A stretch of DNA of 64,000 nt from Oopsacas minuta (taxonomy: Eukaryota > Animalia > Porifera), in NCBI GenBank assembly GCA_024704765.1, contig JAKMXF010000222.1, positions 248,001 through 312,000 on the forward strand. The letters run 5' to 3'. The notes beneath the pieces are model-generated. The model made no database searches. It was not told the origin of the DNA and saw only the letters and a program-made list of their open reading frames with translations. Made by a program: the position numbers and the translations under genes. Below, in pieces: positions 38,958 to 60,800 of the stretch (position 1 is the first letter of the stretch; every line of letters begins with the position of its first letter).

Positions 38958-39610
38958 GATCACAAGTCATTTTTAACCCTTGCCAAATTATGCATCATAT
39001 GATGTTTCTTGTATTTTATACATCATAGGTTATATTTCACTTTGCTCTTTCATAAGCTTGATGCACCCTTCTTTTCTTGTTTGTTTGTTTATTTGTTTAT
39101 TTACGCCAGCCAGCGGCCAGCAACAACCTCTGAAAATATTTGCTTGGATATATATAATGTTTGATCAAGAATATAATGATATGTAGTTATAATTATAATG
39201 TATTATTTTACTGGAATCTTCTCAGCTTTGGGTCACTCTTTTCGATAGCTGAAATGCGACACGTTTAATAAATATATCTAAAGCCACACAAGTTCATTAC
39301 ACGTCTCTTGTGACCTCTAGGCAAAGGCTAAAAATTTATGGAATGAAATGTCAAAAATCCATTAATACTAGTATTAACCATGGACTTTCATATTTCCGGA
39401 ATCCGATATTTCGATCATTCAAGATTGGGATCATATTTGTACAGTTTCAGACTTAGCAGACTTCTATATAAGCGGGTATCGATGTATTCTTGTTGGATAA
39501 CGCGGGGAGTTACGTAGCTGTACTATAAGACTCATAAATATCAAATTAACTAATTAAGGTATGATTTATTTTTTAATAACGTAGTTTTAATAATTGAAGT
39601 ATTCTAACAG

Positions 39611-49246
<9,636 letters not shown>

Positions 49247-49623
49247 CGTACAACAGTACACTCAACAAACTGGTTGTTGCAATGTCAATCAATTAATTGA
49301 ATATATGAATAACTCTATCTCATTTACAATGGCTTTTAGAATCTAGTATTTTAAATAATTCTTGTTCCAAATATCGCAATATTGCATATTTATAACAACC
49401 GTTCATTTAGTGCTTATTCCATATATTATGTGAAAATTGGCTATTTCTTATATAGCAGAACGCGCTTATAACAAACACGGATAAAACGAAGTAATTCAGT
49501 TCATTTTATACATTAGATTAATGCATTCAGAACACGGTTATAAGAACGATCATTTTTATTGGAAAAATTTCATGCAAATACAAATATTATTTGATAACAG
49601 AATTAGAATTAGAATACTCAGAA

Positions 49624-51015
49624 ATGGCAGGGATTAATCTGGGCTGTGTCCAGGTAATAACTGACATAAATAAGCCTGAAAAGTGTGGTTACTGTAAGAA
49701 ACCAGATACACACTATTTGGAGGGTGGCATATGGACATTTAACTTCACACCAGAGCTTGAACAATACTTGCTAGAATTTGGCTGGAGAAGATGTGGAAAA
49801 TTCATATACGTTATGGATAAAGTTAAAAATTGCTGTCCTTTATACATGATACGTTGTGATGCGAATGAATTCAAGATATCCCACTCACAGAAAAAAGTTT
49901 TACGGAAAATAACAAACTATCTAAGAGGAAAGAGTAGTAATATGAACGAAAATGCTCAAGCCAAACAAACTACAAACCCAACTGATGAAGCATGTAAGGT
50001 TATGCTCAAAGAAGCGGAAAATGAAGTTCAGGCCGAACCATTAGGAGCTACACCACTCAAGAAACAGCCTCGTAAAGGCCTGGGCCCTGATCCCAGCAAG
50101 GGGCCTTGTTTGAAGGCAAAGGAGCGACGGAAATTAAAACACAAAGCATCAGACAGTGTAACTGATAGTACAGTTGATCCAAATCCTAAAGTCAATGTAA
50201 GCAAGCCGAAAACTAACATAGAGAGAACACTAGAAAATTATTTAAACGATCACAAACACGATGAAGGATATGCACATAAAATCGAAACAAGATTAATACT
50301 TGTTAATCCAGAATCACCCGAGTATAAAGCAACTGAGCTTGAATCATTTAGAATATACAAAGCTTACCAAATTAAAGTGCATGAAGACCCACCTTGTAAA
50401 GTCAACTTAGAACAATACAAAAATTTCCTTGTTACTTCTGCTGTATCACCCCATGATGGATACGGTTGTTATCACCTGCAGTATTTCATTGATGGAAAAC
50501 TCTTCATGGTAGGAGTTTTAGATTTACTACAGAACTATGTATCATCTGTATACACATATTATGACCCTGATTTCATGTTCTTATCCCCCGGTGTATATTC
50601 AGCACTTACCGAAATCGCGTTAACAAGGAAGTTACAGATTGATCGTGAGGTTAAGCAATGGTATTGTATGGGATTTTATTCACATCATATACAGAAGATG
50701 CGATATAAAGGCGAGTATTATCCCTCTTTTTTAAATTGTCCCTATACTCATAATTGGATAGCTTTTGATAAATGTCTGCCGCTCCTGGAAACTGGTAAAT
50801 ATCATAAACTTGCTGATACAAATTGCCAGCCAATTCCAGCTGAAACGTACATGCAATCTGCAATTATTCACCATAATGGAGATATAATGCCTTATGGCAT
50901 TCTAGCTGAGGCAAATTCTGAAGCTAAAGCTCATAAAGAAACTATTAAAGAGTATTGCCAACTGGTTGGACCTGACTTCTGCCAAAATACAATTGCTATC
51001 TTTGACTTTTTGTAA
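49624..51015 (+). CDS. ATE1: Arginyl-tRNA-protein transferase; single exon
   Basis: CGYCK, GWRRCGKFIY..CCPLYMIRC, SQKKVLRK, YKAYQIKVHED, YGCYHLQYFIDGKLFMVGVLD..SSVYTYYDPD..GVYSALTEI, YCMGFY..KMRYKGEYYPS. Confidence 0.96.
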   Translation: MAGINLGCVQVITDINKPEKCGYCKKPDTHYLEGGIWTFNFTPELEQYLLEFGWRRCGKFIYVMDKVKNCCPLYMIRCDANEFKISHSQKKVLRKITNYLRGKSSNMNENAQAKQTTNPTDEACKVMLKEAENEVQAEPLGATPLKKQPRKGLGPDPSKGPCLKAKERRKLKHKASDSVTDSTVDPNPKVNVSKPKTNIERTLENYLNDHKHDEGYAHKIETRLILVNPESPEYKATELESFRIYKAYQIKVHEDPPCKVNLEQYKNFLVTSAVSPHDGYGCYHLQYFIDGKLFMVGVLDLLQNYVSSVYTYYDPDFMFLSPGVYSALTEIALTRKLQIDREVKQWYCMGFYSHHIQKMRYKGEYYPSFLNCPYTHNWIAFDKCLPLLETGKYHKLADTNCQPIPAETYMQSAIIHHNGDIMPYGILAEANSEAKAHKETIKEYCQLVGPDFCQNTIAIFDFL

Positions 51016-52311
51016 AACGCTCGTGATAATTATAATTATAATTATCATTATGAGATAGTTTGTAAATCTTTTAGGATTTTTAGTACTATTATACTTTAGG
51101 ATATTTCCTGAGGATATTTATTCAATTCTCATAGTTTTTTTGCGTGTATACTTGAGATTAAATCAGAAAAACTTTAGATTTGTAATGATAATTACAAACA
51201 CTTATAGCATACAAAAAATCCAATATTTTCATTATTTAAAAAAATATATTTTATTGTTGTATTTTGTAAAACTTTTTACTCGAAATATTCAAACTTGTAA
51301 GAGCAATTATTATCGCATTGGAGTGACATTCACAATTTTTACGTCATTTCGTCATTTACGTGCTATCCAATTAATTAGTTAGGTGAAACCTCCATAAATG
51401 AATAAATGAGGTCTCTAATTGTGGAAGCTCTCAAAAGATCAATTTGTGGAATACATTAGAGCAAAATTTGAGCGAATAATGATTCATGAAATTACTTAAT
51501 TACAATGTGTAAATACTTTGTATAAAATGTATGAAGTATTTTGAAAGGATACGGTAAAGTTAATTAGCTCTCTATATATTCCCAATTTCCTCGATTACAG
51601 AGCTTCTACTGTATTGTATTTAAATCAGATAGCAATAAGAAAATATTGAATGCTTTGCCTCAACTTATGTTCACTCTAAAACAGCTTCATTACACAAATT
51701 CCCACTTGAGATAATTATTGAATGATCCCTAACTGTATTTGGTCTTATAAATGTTACAAGTTTATTCATCTTTTGAAAAGTTATAATTACGGTTTCCTAC
51801 ATATGAAACATTTCATATTACATTAAATATAAATTTCTTAAGGGTTGACTGGCAATAGTGCCTATAAATGACGAATTGTATTTTCTTTGTTAACTTGAGT
51901 TCAATGGATTCATAATGTATTTGAATGAGGAAGTTTATTGTATAATTTCGTTCCGTTTTGGTAAGATTTGTAAGTATTTTGTATAGAATTATATAGAATT
52001 TTATCAGGAAATCTTATAATTTTCCGTGAAAAGTTCTAGCTAGCCTCTCAAGGATCATGGGCCGTCGAGGCCAATACATTCTTGGAGACCCATGTTACTA
52101 CGCACGACAAAATGGTCGAAGTTGCGTATTAATTTTTTAATAGATAATTTTGATGATTTTAGTAAATGACCCCCGAGCCAAATGACCTCTCCCTCTCAGA
52201 AGAAATTTCATTTTGTTCAGGCGAGCTGTCTCAAATTCTAAAAGTAAATATTGTTATGAAATTACATAATCTTAATAAAATATACTACTAATGAAATCTA
52301 TCCAATAATAA

Positions 52312-54216
52312 TTAAAGAATTGGTTTATCTACAAAATTAATAACCGGTAGTCCAGCTGATCTTGAAGGCATTTCTGCCTCGAATATCATAATCTTGTTAA
52401 TGCCCATTCGTAACACATTAGAGGGTACATAGAGTGTTTGCTGAGGCCCAATATTCCAATACCTCCCCAAGTTTATTTGATTAATGAATAGAATGCCTTT
52501 CCCCCAATTTGACATATCCGCAAAAGTATCTTTGGGGTTCCCTTTAATCTCAATGGTACCTTTCACAAGCATAGGTATTCGTTCTTTCGTTGGCATTCTC
52601 TTCCAAATTCCACCTGCCTCAGCCGTTGATAGGAAGCTAGGTTGAAATTCGATAGCGTATATTTTCCAAGCAAGATTACTATCATCATCAATTGATACAG
52701 GCCCGATTAACTTTTGCCTCTGGTAGTCAAGTTTAGGACCATAGTTGACACGACCCAATCCTTCATATAAAATATCAATTACGTACTCTTCAGCATCTGT
52801 ATAAGGTAAACTAAGAGTCAGTTTATTGTAATTTCTGAGATTATGCAAGTGTTGGTTATTAACCATTATCAACCCAGTTTGGTTCTGAAAACAATTTTCT
52901 ATTGAAATCTGCGTTGATTCTTTCTTCACTCGCGTGCGATAGAGAAGATAACCAAATCGTTGTCCACCATTTAGATTCATAGGTAACTGCTCCATTGAGA
53001 GTAATTTGTTCGCTTTAGCTGGGTAAGGTAAATACACGACAGTATCAAGTAATGGCAGATATAAATGCATTGAGGCTTCTCCATAACTTTCTGTTGGGAT
53101 ATCCTGTGGTATCGGGGGTAACTGCCTACCGAAAGTATACCCACTTAATACCCCACGAAATAGCTTGTATTTCTCAGTGACGTCACCGTTTTCAGTGAGC
53201 GGCGCGTCATAATCATAACTCGTAATGTGAGTTGTATAATTCTCGAAATGTAACGCCCCATTTGTGAACCCAAAGTTTGTACCACCATGAAACATGTATA
53301 TATTGACAGAGAATCCTTTTTCCAGTAATTTGGCTAGCATATTTGTCATCAGTTCGGCATCACGTGTTGCTCTCTCCTTTTCGCCCCAGCCTGTAAACCA
53401 ACCGACCCAGAACTCTGTCACCATGAGAGGGTACTCAGGGTTATGATTCGCGATAAATTTCGCCAGAGACTCATCTCCAAATATATCGCCATTTATAGTT
53501 TGGAGTACATCGGGTCTCAGTACACTAGGAAGTTTCCAAATTCCATCACTAGTGATCAATAGCTCGCCAATTCCTCTTCTACGAAAACTATTATAAATGT
53601 ATTTCATGTATTTGATGTCTTCCCCATATGATCCGTATTCATTTTCAATTTGAAATGCAATAATAGGACCACCTCTATTTGCCTGTAGTTCAGCTAACAT
53701 CGGCAATAACTTGTCGAAATATCTGTCAACAGCTGATAGAAATGGTGGGTAAGTTGAACGTACACGCATATTGTCATCTTTAAGCAGCCAGCTCGGCAGA
53801 CCTCCCCAATCCCATTCCCCGCATATATACGGTCCTGGTCGTACTATCACATTCAAATCTAATTCTTGTGCTTGTTTGATAAATTTTATGACGTCATACA
53901 TTCCTTTAAAATTATACACCCCTGGTGAAGGTTCGTGCATATTCCAAGGTACATACGTCATCACTGTATTGAGACCCATTGCTTTAGCTTTCAATAATCT
54001 ATCATCCCAGTATTTATTCGGCACACGGAAATAGTGAATTGAACCTGAGAGAATTCGCATTGGTTTCCCATTCATCCAAAATTCACCGCCCTTAAGTTTT
54101 AAAGTTTGTTCCAAATTAGGTTGATTTAATCTGCCATAAATATAGACTGTGATTAAGATGAGTAGGATTAGAACAAGGTAGGAAACTATTCGCTTTCTGG
54201 TACAATATTTCTTCAT
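52312..54216 (-). CDS. GH35 beta-galactosidase with N-terminal membrane anchor (GLB1L2/3-like); single exon
   Basis: SGSIHYFRVP, GLNTVMTYVPWNMHEP, RPGPYICGEW, acid/base QIENEYG, nucleophile TEFWVGWF, YMFHGGTNFG, TSYDYDAPL. Confidence 0.95.
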   Translation of the reverse strand: MKKYCTRKRIVSYLVLILLILITVYIYGRLNQPNLEQTLKLKGGEFWMNGKPMRILSGSIHYFRVPNKYWDDRLLKAKAMGLNTVMTYVPWNMHEPSPGVYNFKGMYDVIKFIKQAQELDLNVIVRPGPYICGEWDWGGLPSWLLKDDNMRVRSTYPPFLSAVDRYFDKLLPMLAELQANRGGPIIAFQIENEYGSYGEDIKYMKYIYNSFRRRGIGELLITSDGIWKLPSVLRPDVLQTINGDIFGDESLAKFIANHNPEYPLMVTEFWVGWFTGWGEKERATRDAELMTNMLAKLLEKGFSVNIYMFHGGTNFGFTNGALHFENYTTHITSYDYDAPLTENGDVTEKYKLFRGVLSGYTFGRQLPPIPQDIPTESYGEASMHLYLPLLDTVVYLPYPAKANKLLSMEQLPMNLNGGQRFGYLLYRTRVKKESTQISIENCFQNQTGLIMVNNQHLHNLRNYNKLTLSLPYTDAEEYVIDILYEGLGRVNYGPKLDYQRQKLIGPVSIDDDSNLAWKIYAIEFQPSFLSTAEAGGIWKRMPTKERIPMLVKGTIEIKGNPKDTFADMSNWGKGILFINQINLGRYWNIGPQQTLYVPSNVLRMGINKIMIFEAEMPSRSAGLPVINFVDKPIL

Positions 54217-55098
54217 TTTGAAATATCTAATTATTGTCAACGTAAAATGTTAATAAGTAGAATGTACAAAGTGAATCTCTAGAAATTATTTAATCAAACA
54301 AAATTGAGAAATAAAGATTTTTATGCGAATGTATAATCTGAAACATAAAATTTAAATGTATAAAATATTCAAATTACAGTTTTAAGACCTCTAGAGACAA
54401 TAATCCGAGGTACCCATCAATTTCTAATCTACATATTCAATCTTTCTTCGATTCTAAAATTATTCTCACTCAATGGATCATGATAAGTAGAATAAACAGG
54501 CTCTTATCTCCATTATAAATGCCTGGAGTTAGCAAGTATGTTTCGTGATTAATCGTTAATTATTAAGAAGCTATAATATGTTGCCTGATAAATAGAGATC
54601 CCATAATAATGAATAGATAACATATTTGCTGACTTGAGGTCTGTTGCATGAGAAACGAAGATAGAAAAATGCCAAAATTTGACACTCCAACATGTTAATA
54701 GTGCATTTATATGTATACTTGTAAGAAACTTATCAGTAAATTGTTACTTTCTCTAATCACAGAGCATGTTATAGCTTGTTCCCGTATTTTACGAGTAAGC
54801 TAGATAAATAGTTTAAGAACTCATGCTAATCACTAAATTATTGAAACATTCTTTTAAAACACTAATTTTCAGATAGTTAATGGATCAATTAAATTCCTTT
54901 TGATATACAGTAGAACTCGGATAAGACGTACCCCCTCGGGAAACAGAAATTAGTACGTCTTAACCGAGTGTACGTCTTATCCGAATATGTTTGCATTACA
55001 AATAATGATGACTGATATTTTGGGATATAAGAATAGTACGTCTTAACCGAGTGTACGTCTTAAGCCGAGTACGTCTTATCCGAGTTCTACTGTAAGTG

Positions 55099-55264
55099 GG
55101 TATTTTGATATATATATGATCTATATAACGGCAGTTGACTCGAATCTGTTACTGATTAGTGTAACTGGGTTTAGCAAGGTATTTTGATATATATGTGATC
55201 TATATAACGGCAGTTGACTCGAATCTGTTACTGATTAGTGTAACTGGGTTTAGCAAGGTATTTT
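55099..55264. repeat. Tandem duplication of a 79-bp unit next to a MITE end
   Basis: Units start at 55099 and 55178 (ggtattttgatatata..gggtttagcaa), with a partial third at 55257. Confidence 0.9.
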
Positions 55265-55571
55265 ACCAGAAGTCCCGTGTGGCCTTGAAATATGAAGAAC
55301 AAAGTTCTAGTTGAGGTGTGGCCCGTGTGGGGGGCGCTGTACGTCCCATTGGCCCAGGAGCTAAGGAAAGTTAATGTATTACTAGATTGGAAGAATTATA
55401 CGGGGGTTACCTTATGGGTAACTGATTTAACTGTCATTGAATCCTGCTTAATCAACGAATCCCGAATTAATGTTATACAAAATCGACTGTAAATGCATAT
55501 TCCCAACATACTTGATGGTTAAAAAAATATTACCAAGTAGTTCTTTCCTCTGCCTCTATTATTATCTAGAA

Positions 55572-55654
55572 TAGGGGTTCTCAAACTGGGGTCCGTGGAC
55601 CTCATAAATTTGACCAGAGGTGGTCCGCAAATGAAAACAGATTGAGAACCACTG
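55572..55654. mobile_element. hAT/Charlie-like MITE (CAGTGGTTCTCAA-type TIR); degenerate relatives ~36388-36490 and ~59365-59504
   Basis: taggggttctcaa ... ttgagaaccactg; flanks atctagaa/atctagat (7/8). Confidence 0.75.
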
Positions 55655-55892
55655 ATCTAGATATATTCGAATAATGTTGTTAACCCGAACTTTTCGAATA
55701 TCTCGTCATTTATCGGGTAGAATATTCTGATTTATATGCACAGTTACTTTCTGGCTGCTACAACTGACATCTGTAATCTTATTAGTAATTATTCTGAGTA
55801 ATTGTGATTACAAAATTACATTTTGATTGTCTCGTAAGCTAATTCATCAAATAGTGTGTAGGTATATACGATATTCAGATCATCAAAGTATC

Positions 55893-57560
55893 ATGGCTTC
55901 AACACATTGTGAATGGGGAAAACTTGAAGTTGTAAAGAATGACAGTAAATCTGACCAAATTATTCTGAGCAAGACAGAATTCACGATTGGACGTAAACCT
56001 ACTTGTGATTACTCTATAGTAGATAATCCCTATTTAAGCGGTGTCCATGCCAAATTCAATTTTCATGAGGTAACAGAATTAAGTTATCTGACTGACCTCA
56101 GTGCGAATGGAATTCTCCTAAACACAGTCCGAATAAAGAAAAATACAAATGTTGAATTGCATAATGGTGATAAGATAACACTGGTTATGAAAGGAGCTTC
56201 TCATAGACTAAATCTACATCTGAGACTTCATTTATTGAGTGGTGAAAACGCTGGTGAAAGCGAATCCCCATTCGAGGTAAAACTTGGTCAGATTGAAGCT
56301 GAGGAAAATGGTGAATTGGTGAAAGAGAAACCGAACTATTGTGATGAAGATACAACAGTTTCAGCCATTGACACTCTAAAGAAAGTAGAAAGCATCAGCA
56401 TGAAGCAAGTAGAAGTACTAACAAAAGCTGGTTACAATAAAATACCCGCTATAACTCATTCTGAGTCATTTGAAGAACAATTGTTATGCGGTGTATGCCA
56501 GGAGATAATGCATATGGCAGTTAGCTTACAACCGTGTCTGCACAGTTATTGTGCAGGTTGTTATTCTGAATGGATGGAAATATCAAAAGACTGTCCAGCA
56601 TGCCGAGCAACTGTTGACAGAATCGCGAAAAACCATCTCGTCAATAATCTAATCGAATCATATCTGAAATCTAATCCAGGAAAACGTCGTAACCCTGAGT
56701 GCATAGCTGAACTTGATAAGAAAAATAAAATAACAGAAGACCTGCTTTACCCACCAAAAAGGCGAGCGCACACTTTCCTAGAAGAAGATGAATACTACAG
56801 TCCTTCAGATGAAGAATTCTTAGCTGTTCCCCCTTTCTTCCCTACGCTACTACCAACACACACACCCTTCTCTACATCTCTATTCTCAATGCCGGGTATA
56901 TTCACAAAATGCAGACAATGTCCTGGCTTTATCGGTATTGATCTTACAGGCACGACACCAGTTGTTACTCTATCCTCTTACAAATGCCCGTTAACCGCAC
57001 CAACACACTTAATTTGCATGTGTTGCAATCAACCTATGCCAGACAGAAGTACCTGCACTGACTTAAGTGTTCCTCCACAGCATTGTGATGTATGTAAAAA
57101 CGCATATTGTCATATGTACTGGGGTTGTGCTGGAGTGAGCTGTAATGGTTGTTTGAATGAGTTTAGGAATTATTCATTCGACCCAGCAGTTATGTTAGAT
57201 ATTGTTAATAGGAATGCAATAGAGTCTGATATTCTTACTCAATATTTGGAAAAGAAGAAAATTAGTATTAATCAAATGCTGTTGGAATGTTTACAAAAGT
57301 TAGATGAAAATGAGTATAAATGCACTGATAGTAGATCCTCACTAATATCTGCGAAAACTAGAATATGTTACGGATGCGCGCTCAAGAATTTCCGCGATTT
57401 AGCCTTTCTCTACCGCAAAGATATCCCATTGACAGATTTGCCGGATGATATCGCGGCTCGACCTGTATGTTACTACGGCCGTGCCTGCAAGACTCAAACC
57501 CATAAGCCAATACATGCGAGTAAGTACAATCACGCATGTGAACAAACACGTTTCACATAA
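55893..57560 (+). CDS. CHFR: CHFR E3 ubiquitin ligase; single exon
   Basis: FHA (FTIGRKPTCD..SGVH..DLSANG), RING (CGVCQE..CLHSYCAGC..CPACR), Cys-rich domain, C-terminal PBZ (CYYGRACKTQ..HASKYNHAC). Confidence 0.96.
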   Translation: MASTHCEWGKLEVVKNDSKSDQIILSKTEFTIGRKPTCDYSIVDNPYLSGVHAKFNFHEVTELSYLTDLSANGILLNTVRIKKNTNVELHNGDKITLVMKGASHRLNLHLRLHLLSGENAGESESPFEVKLGQIEAEENGELVKEKPNYCDEDTTVSAIDTLKKVESISMKQVEVLTKAGYNKIPAITHSESFEEQLLCGVCQEIMHMAVSLQPCLHSYCAGCYSEWMEISKDCPACRATVDRIAKNHLVNNLIESYLKSNPGKRRNPECIAELDKKNKITEDLLYPPKRRAHTFLEEDEYYSPSDEEFLAVPPFFPTLLPTHTPFSTSLFSMPGIFTKCRQCPGFIGIDLTGTTPVVTLSSYKCPLTAPTHLICMCCNQPMPDRSTCTDLSVPPQHCDVCKNAYCHMYWGCAGVSCNGCLNEFRNYSFDPAVMLDIVNRNAIESDILTQYLEKKKISINQMLLECLQKLDENEYKCTDSRSSLISAKTRICYGCALKNFRDLAFLYRKDIPLTDLPDDIAARPVCYYGRACKTQTHKPIHASKYNHACEQTRFT

Positions 57561-57806
57561 TAATGTTAATTGTATATTATGTGTATTGAGCTATGAATAC
57601 GTAATTGCTGTATATTGTCTCTGTGCATAGTTTACATGCATACTGCGTACAATATGTTATCTTTAAGTATGATAGTTCTAATAAATTGGTATATTCTTCT
57701 ATTACATTGATTGTTATTTTCGCGAGTATTTAGATATATACAAATTCGTGTTACGTGTTAATGAGAATTAACTGATACTATACAAACCAGTTAATAGCTA
57801 TATAGC

Positions 57807-60800
57807 ATGCCTGTATCAGAAGGTTTGTTACTGAAGAGTCTAAGTGTGCTACAACACAAACAGCTAGAGATACTCTTATCCCCACTAGCTGCATACGTAG
57901 CACAACTGGTGATGCTAGTAGAGAAAGCACATGGTAGGAAGAAGAATAAGAACGAATTGAGAGCTGTGTTTCCTGATCTGAGTAGACAAGCTAGACTGCT
58001 TGTAGATGCAGCAGAGAGATTAGCTGCAGAGGTAATATTAGGAAATTATATGACTGATGCGAACTTTTCTGAGATAATTTTATTAATTTATACGGAAGGG
58101 TAATTTCTTGAATTTTAGAAACTTCGTCTTTATTTTCCAGGTACAGTCGAAAAATTTTATAAATATTTTACTGCCAAAAATTAAATCAACCAACTACAGC
58201 AATTATTTTGACACACATATATAATCTATATTATTAGATCTAGATTATTGTCTGTTTGTTTGTCCGTTGTCAAGGAAAGGATTTACGGTATGCAATTTTG
58301 AAATTGTCGCATAAGTATGAATTTATCGTGTTTATCAAGGAAGTAAATAGAATTCAATAAAACTTCAGTAAACATACCGTACATGCTGAATCCGATTTTC
58401 ACACTTTGGATTAATCATATGTAAATTTATTATTGTTTTTATGAATGTAAGTTAAAAACATTCAAATTTACGTAGATACTTGCCCTCAACGGCTACAAAG
58501 GGGGTTGATCTTACAAAATAATTCAACAACATATATGTCATATACGTATATTTGTGAATTACATTGTTCTAAATATAACTATATTATAATACTCTTAAGG
58601 ACAGTAAATTTGGAGAATAATAGATACCTTGATGCGCAATTCACCGAGTTCATCGCAAAGCTACCAGCCAAAGGCTCGTAATCAAAATATTATAACTACC
58701 ATGTAACTGCAGAAATAAATTCTGCTAACATTTCGGTTATCAAAATGTATAATGCAAGTTTTGGGAATTAGCATCAAGATGGTATTACTACAAAAAATAA
58801 GACAGAGCAATCGTCACTGCAATACGTTAAATTCATAATTACAGTGGTAATACAAATATCTTGCAAGGAAGCATATTTGGTATGAAATATGATGATATGT
58901 TGCATGCCATAGATGTAATCAAAATTGTGAAAATTGATCGTTTAGAAATTAGGAATTTTACAAAGTGTAATATTATGTCACAAGGATCTCACTGGTGTTT
59001 TTTAGTGCAGAAAACTCACCACCCACCCTTTGAAACATTATTGTTTCCCTTCCAGTCTGCCCACTGCACATTCTTCTTCCTGAGCATATAGGAGGGTTCA
59101 TTTGATGATATATGATCCTATTAGAGCTTAATTATTTTAAATGAAAACATATCTATGCAAGAGCGACATGTATTTAACAGGGAGGGGAATAAGGGGTACT
59201 GCTTTTTAAAGAATGTAAATTATCCTTTGACAATTTTTCACTTTTCTAATATTTTGTCTGTACTTTGAGACCAAAAGGTAAAATATACTATAAAGAAGTA
59301 TTCGTATTTGCCCCAAATTTTCGGCTACAATTTTGGCCTTAGCATATACCCTAAAGCATCGGTTTCCAACACCCCTTGGTAGTGCACAGGCGACAGCAGG
59401 GGTCCATAGGATCTCAAAATATCAATTGCAGTCTGTGGGAAGGGGTCCACAGAATGTGTGAAAATTGGTATTGGTCCACTGTTGAAAAAGGTTGGAAACC
59501 GCTACCCTAATGTTTTCTCATATATTTTATTGCTGTAAATGTAAATTATATATTTATGGCAGATTCAGACGTTTACGCTGTGCAGTGAGCGTCCAGACAC
59601 TACAGTACCAGATGAAGGTTGTTCCCTAAAAGAAACCGTTGCTAATGGTAAAGAAAAGCTTGTGAAGGCTGCTAATGGGATTAATGACGCAATACAGAAT
59701 ATAAAGATAAGCGAGGAGCTTGAGAATCATTCTGATTTCTATGAAAATTGTGAAAAACTTATTGGTAAGTGTTTGTCAAGTATTTCTCTTTTCCATTTAC
59801 TAATCTGTTATCATTAACTGCCCAAAATGACGTCATTTAGATATGACATTATGGTAGTAGGCAGTATCATTGTATGGTATGTCTAGCTGTTTCTAGATAA
59901 TTGTATGAATACTGATGCTAAGATATATGATTTGAGCACGAACTGTTGCCAAATTAATGCTATATAATACATACTTTTGAGAAAGTTGCTTTTTATAATA
60001 GAATTGCACAAACACAACGATTCATACAAAACAAACACCCCTAACAGTGGAACTGGGGAAGACATACACTCGGATAATACATCTTATCCATATAGGGATT
60101 GTATTAAAATGAATGGGAACACAATTTTTGTTTGAAAGAAGTACGCATCTCTTATCCCCATGTTATACTCAGGGGTTTTTCCAGGAACAATCTGAGCCGG
60201 CACTCTTCTTTCAGGGACCTTCCTGGGATGGCACATTTTTGGACGGTACAAATTGATCCTGTACACATTTGAGTCTCGTGGTCGGTACTTAGTGTCCTTC
60301 ATGGCTGCTGAACTAGCACCTAGATAAACCCTCGTGCCCTAACAAATTCTTACATTTTACTAATACAAGTAGTCACTACTAATATTCCCGTAAGTAGAGT
60401 TTATGAAATCTTAATAAATCCATTTTACCATTCACAAAACCGTTTTCTAATCGAACAGAAACAAACCAGTGTTAGGAAATATGTTTAGATGACAATATAT
60501 GTTTCAAAACTAAATTGTATGTGATAAGAAATTTATGGAAAGCTTGTATATTCTTGAATGATTTCAGTTAAACTAGCAGATAACAATTTAGTAATTAAAA
60601 AGGGTTCATTTGCTTAATTAATTGATCTCAGCAATAAATCACGAGGCCATAATTGAAGGTTGATAACCTTGCTGGCATAATTCTTGTAAAGTGAAAGCTG
60701 AAGTAGGATATAACGAATTGATTCTTGTAGCCTATAACCTGCGAAAAATAGTGAAACTTACGTATAACAACCACACAGCTCTTGGGAAGTTGTAATGACC

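Noticed and set aside
54908-55092. CRISPR-like repeats (tacgtcttaaccgag units; also tattcggt units at 34020-34165)
   Set aside because: Subterminal repeats inside TIR-bounded MITEs; no unique spacers and no cas genes.
55275-55370. GC-rich stretch as a tRNA/snRNA gene
   Set aside because: No cloverleaf, A/B boxes or Sm site could be identified.
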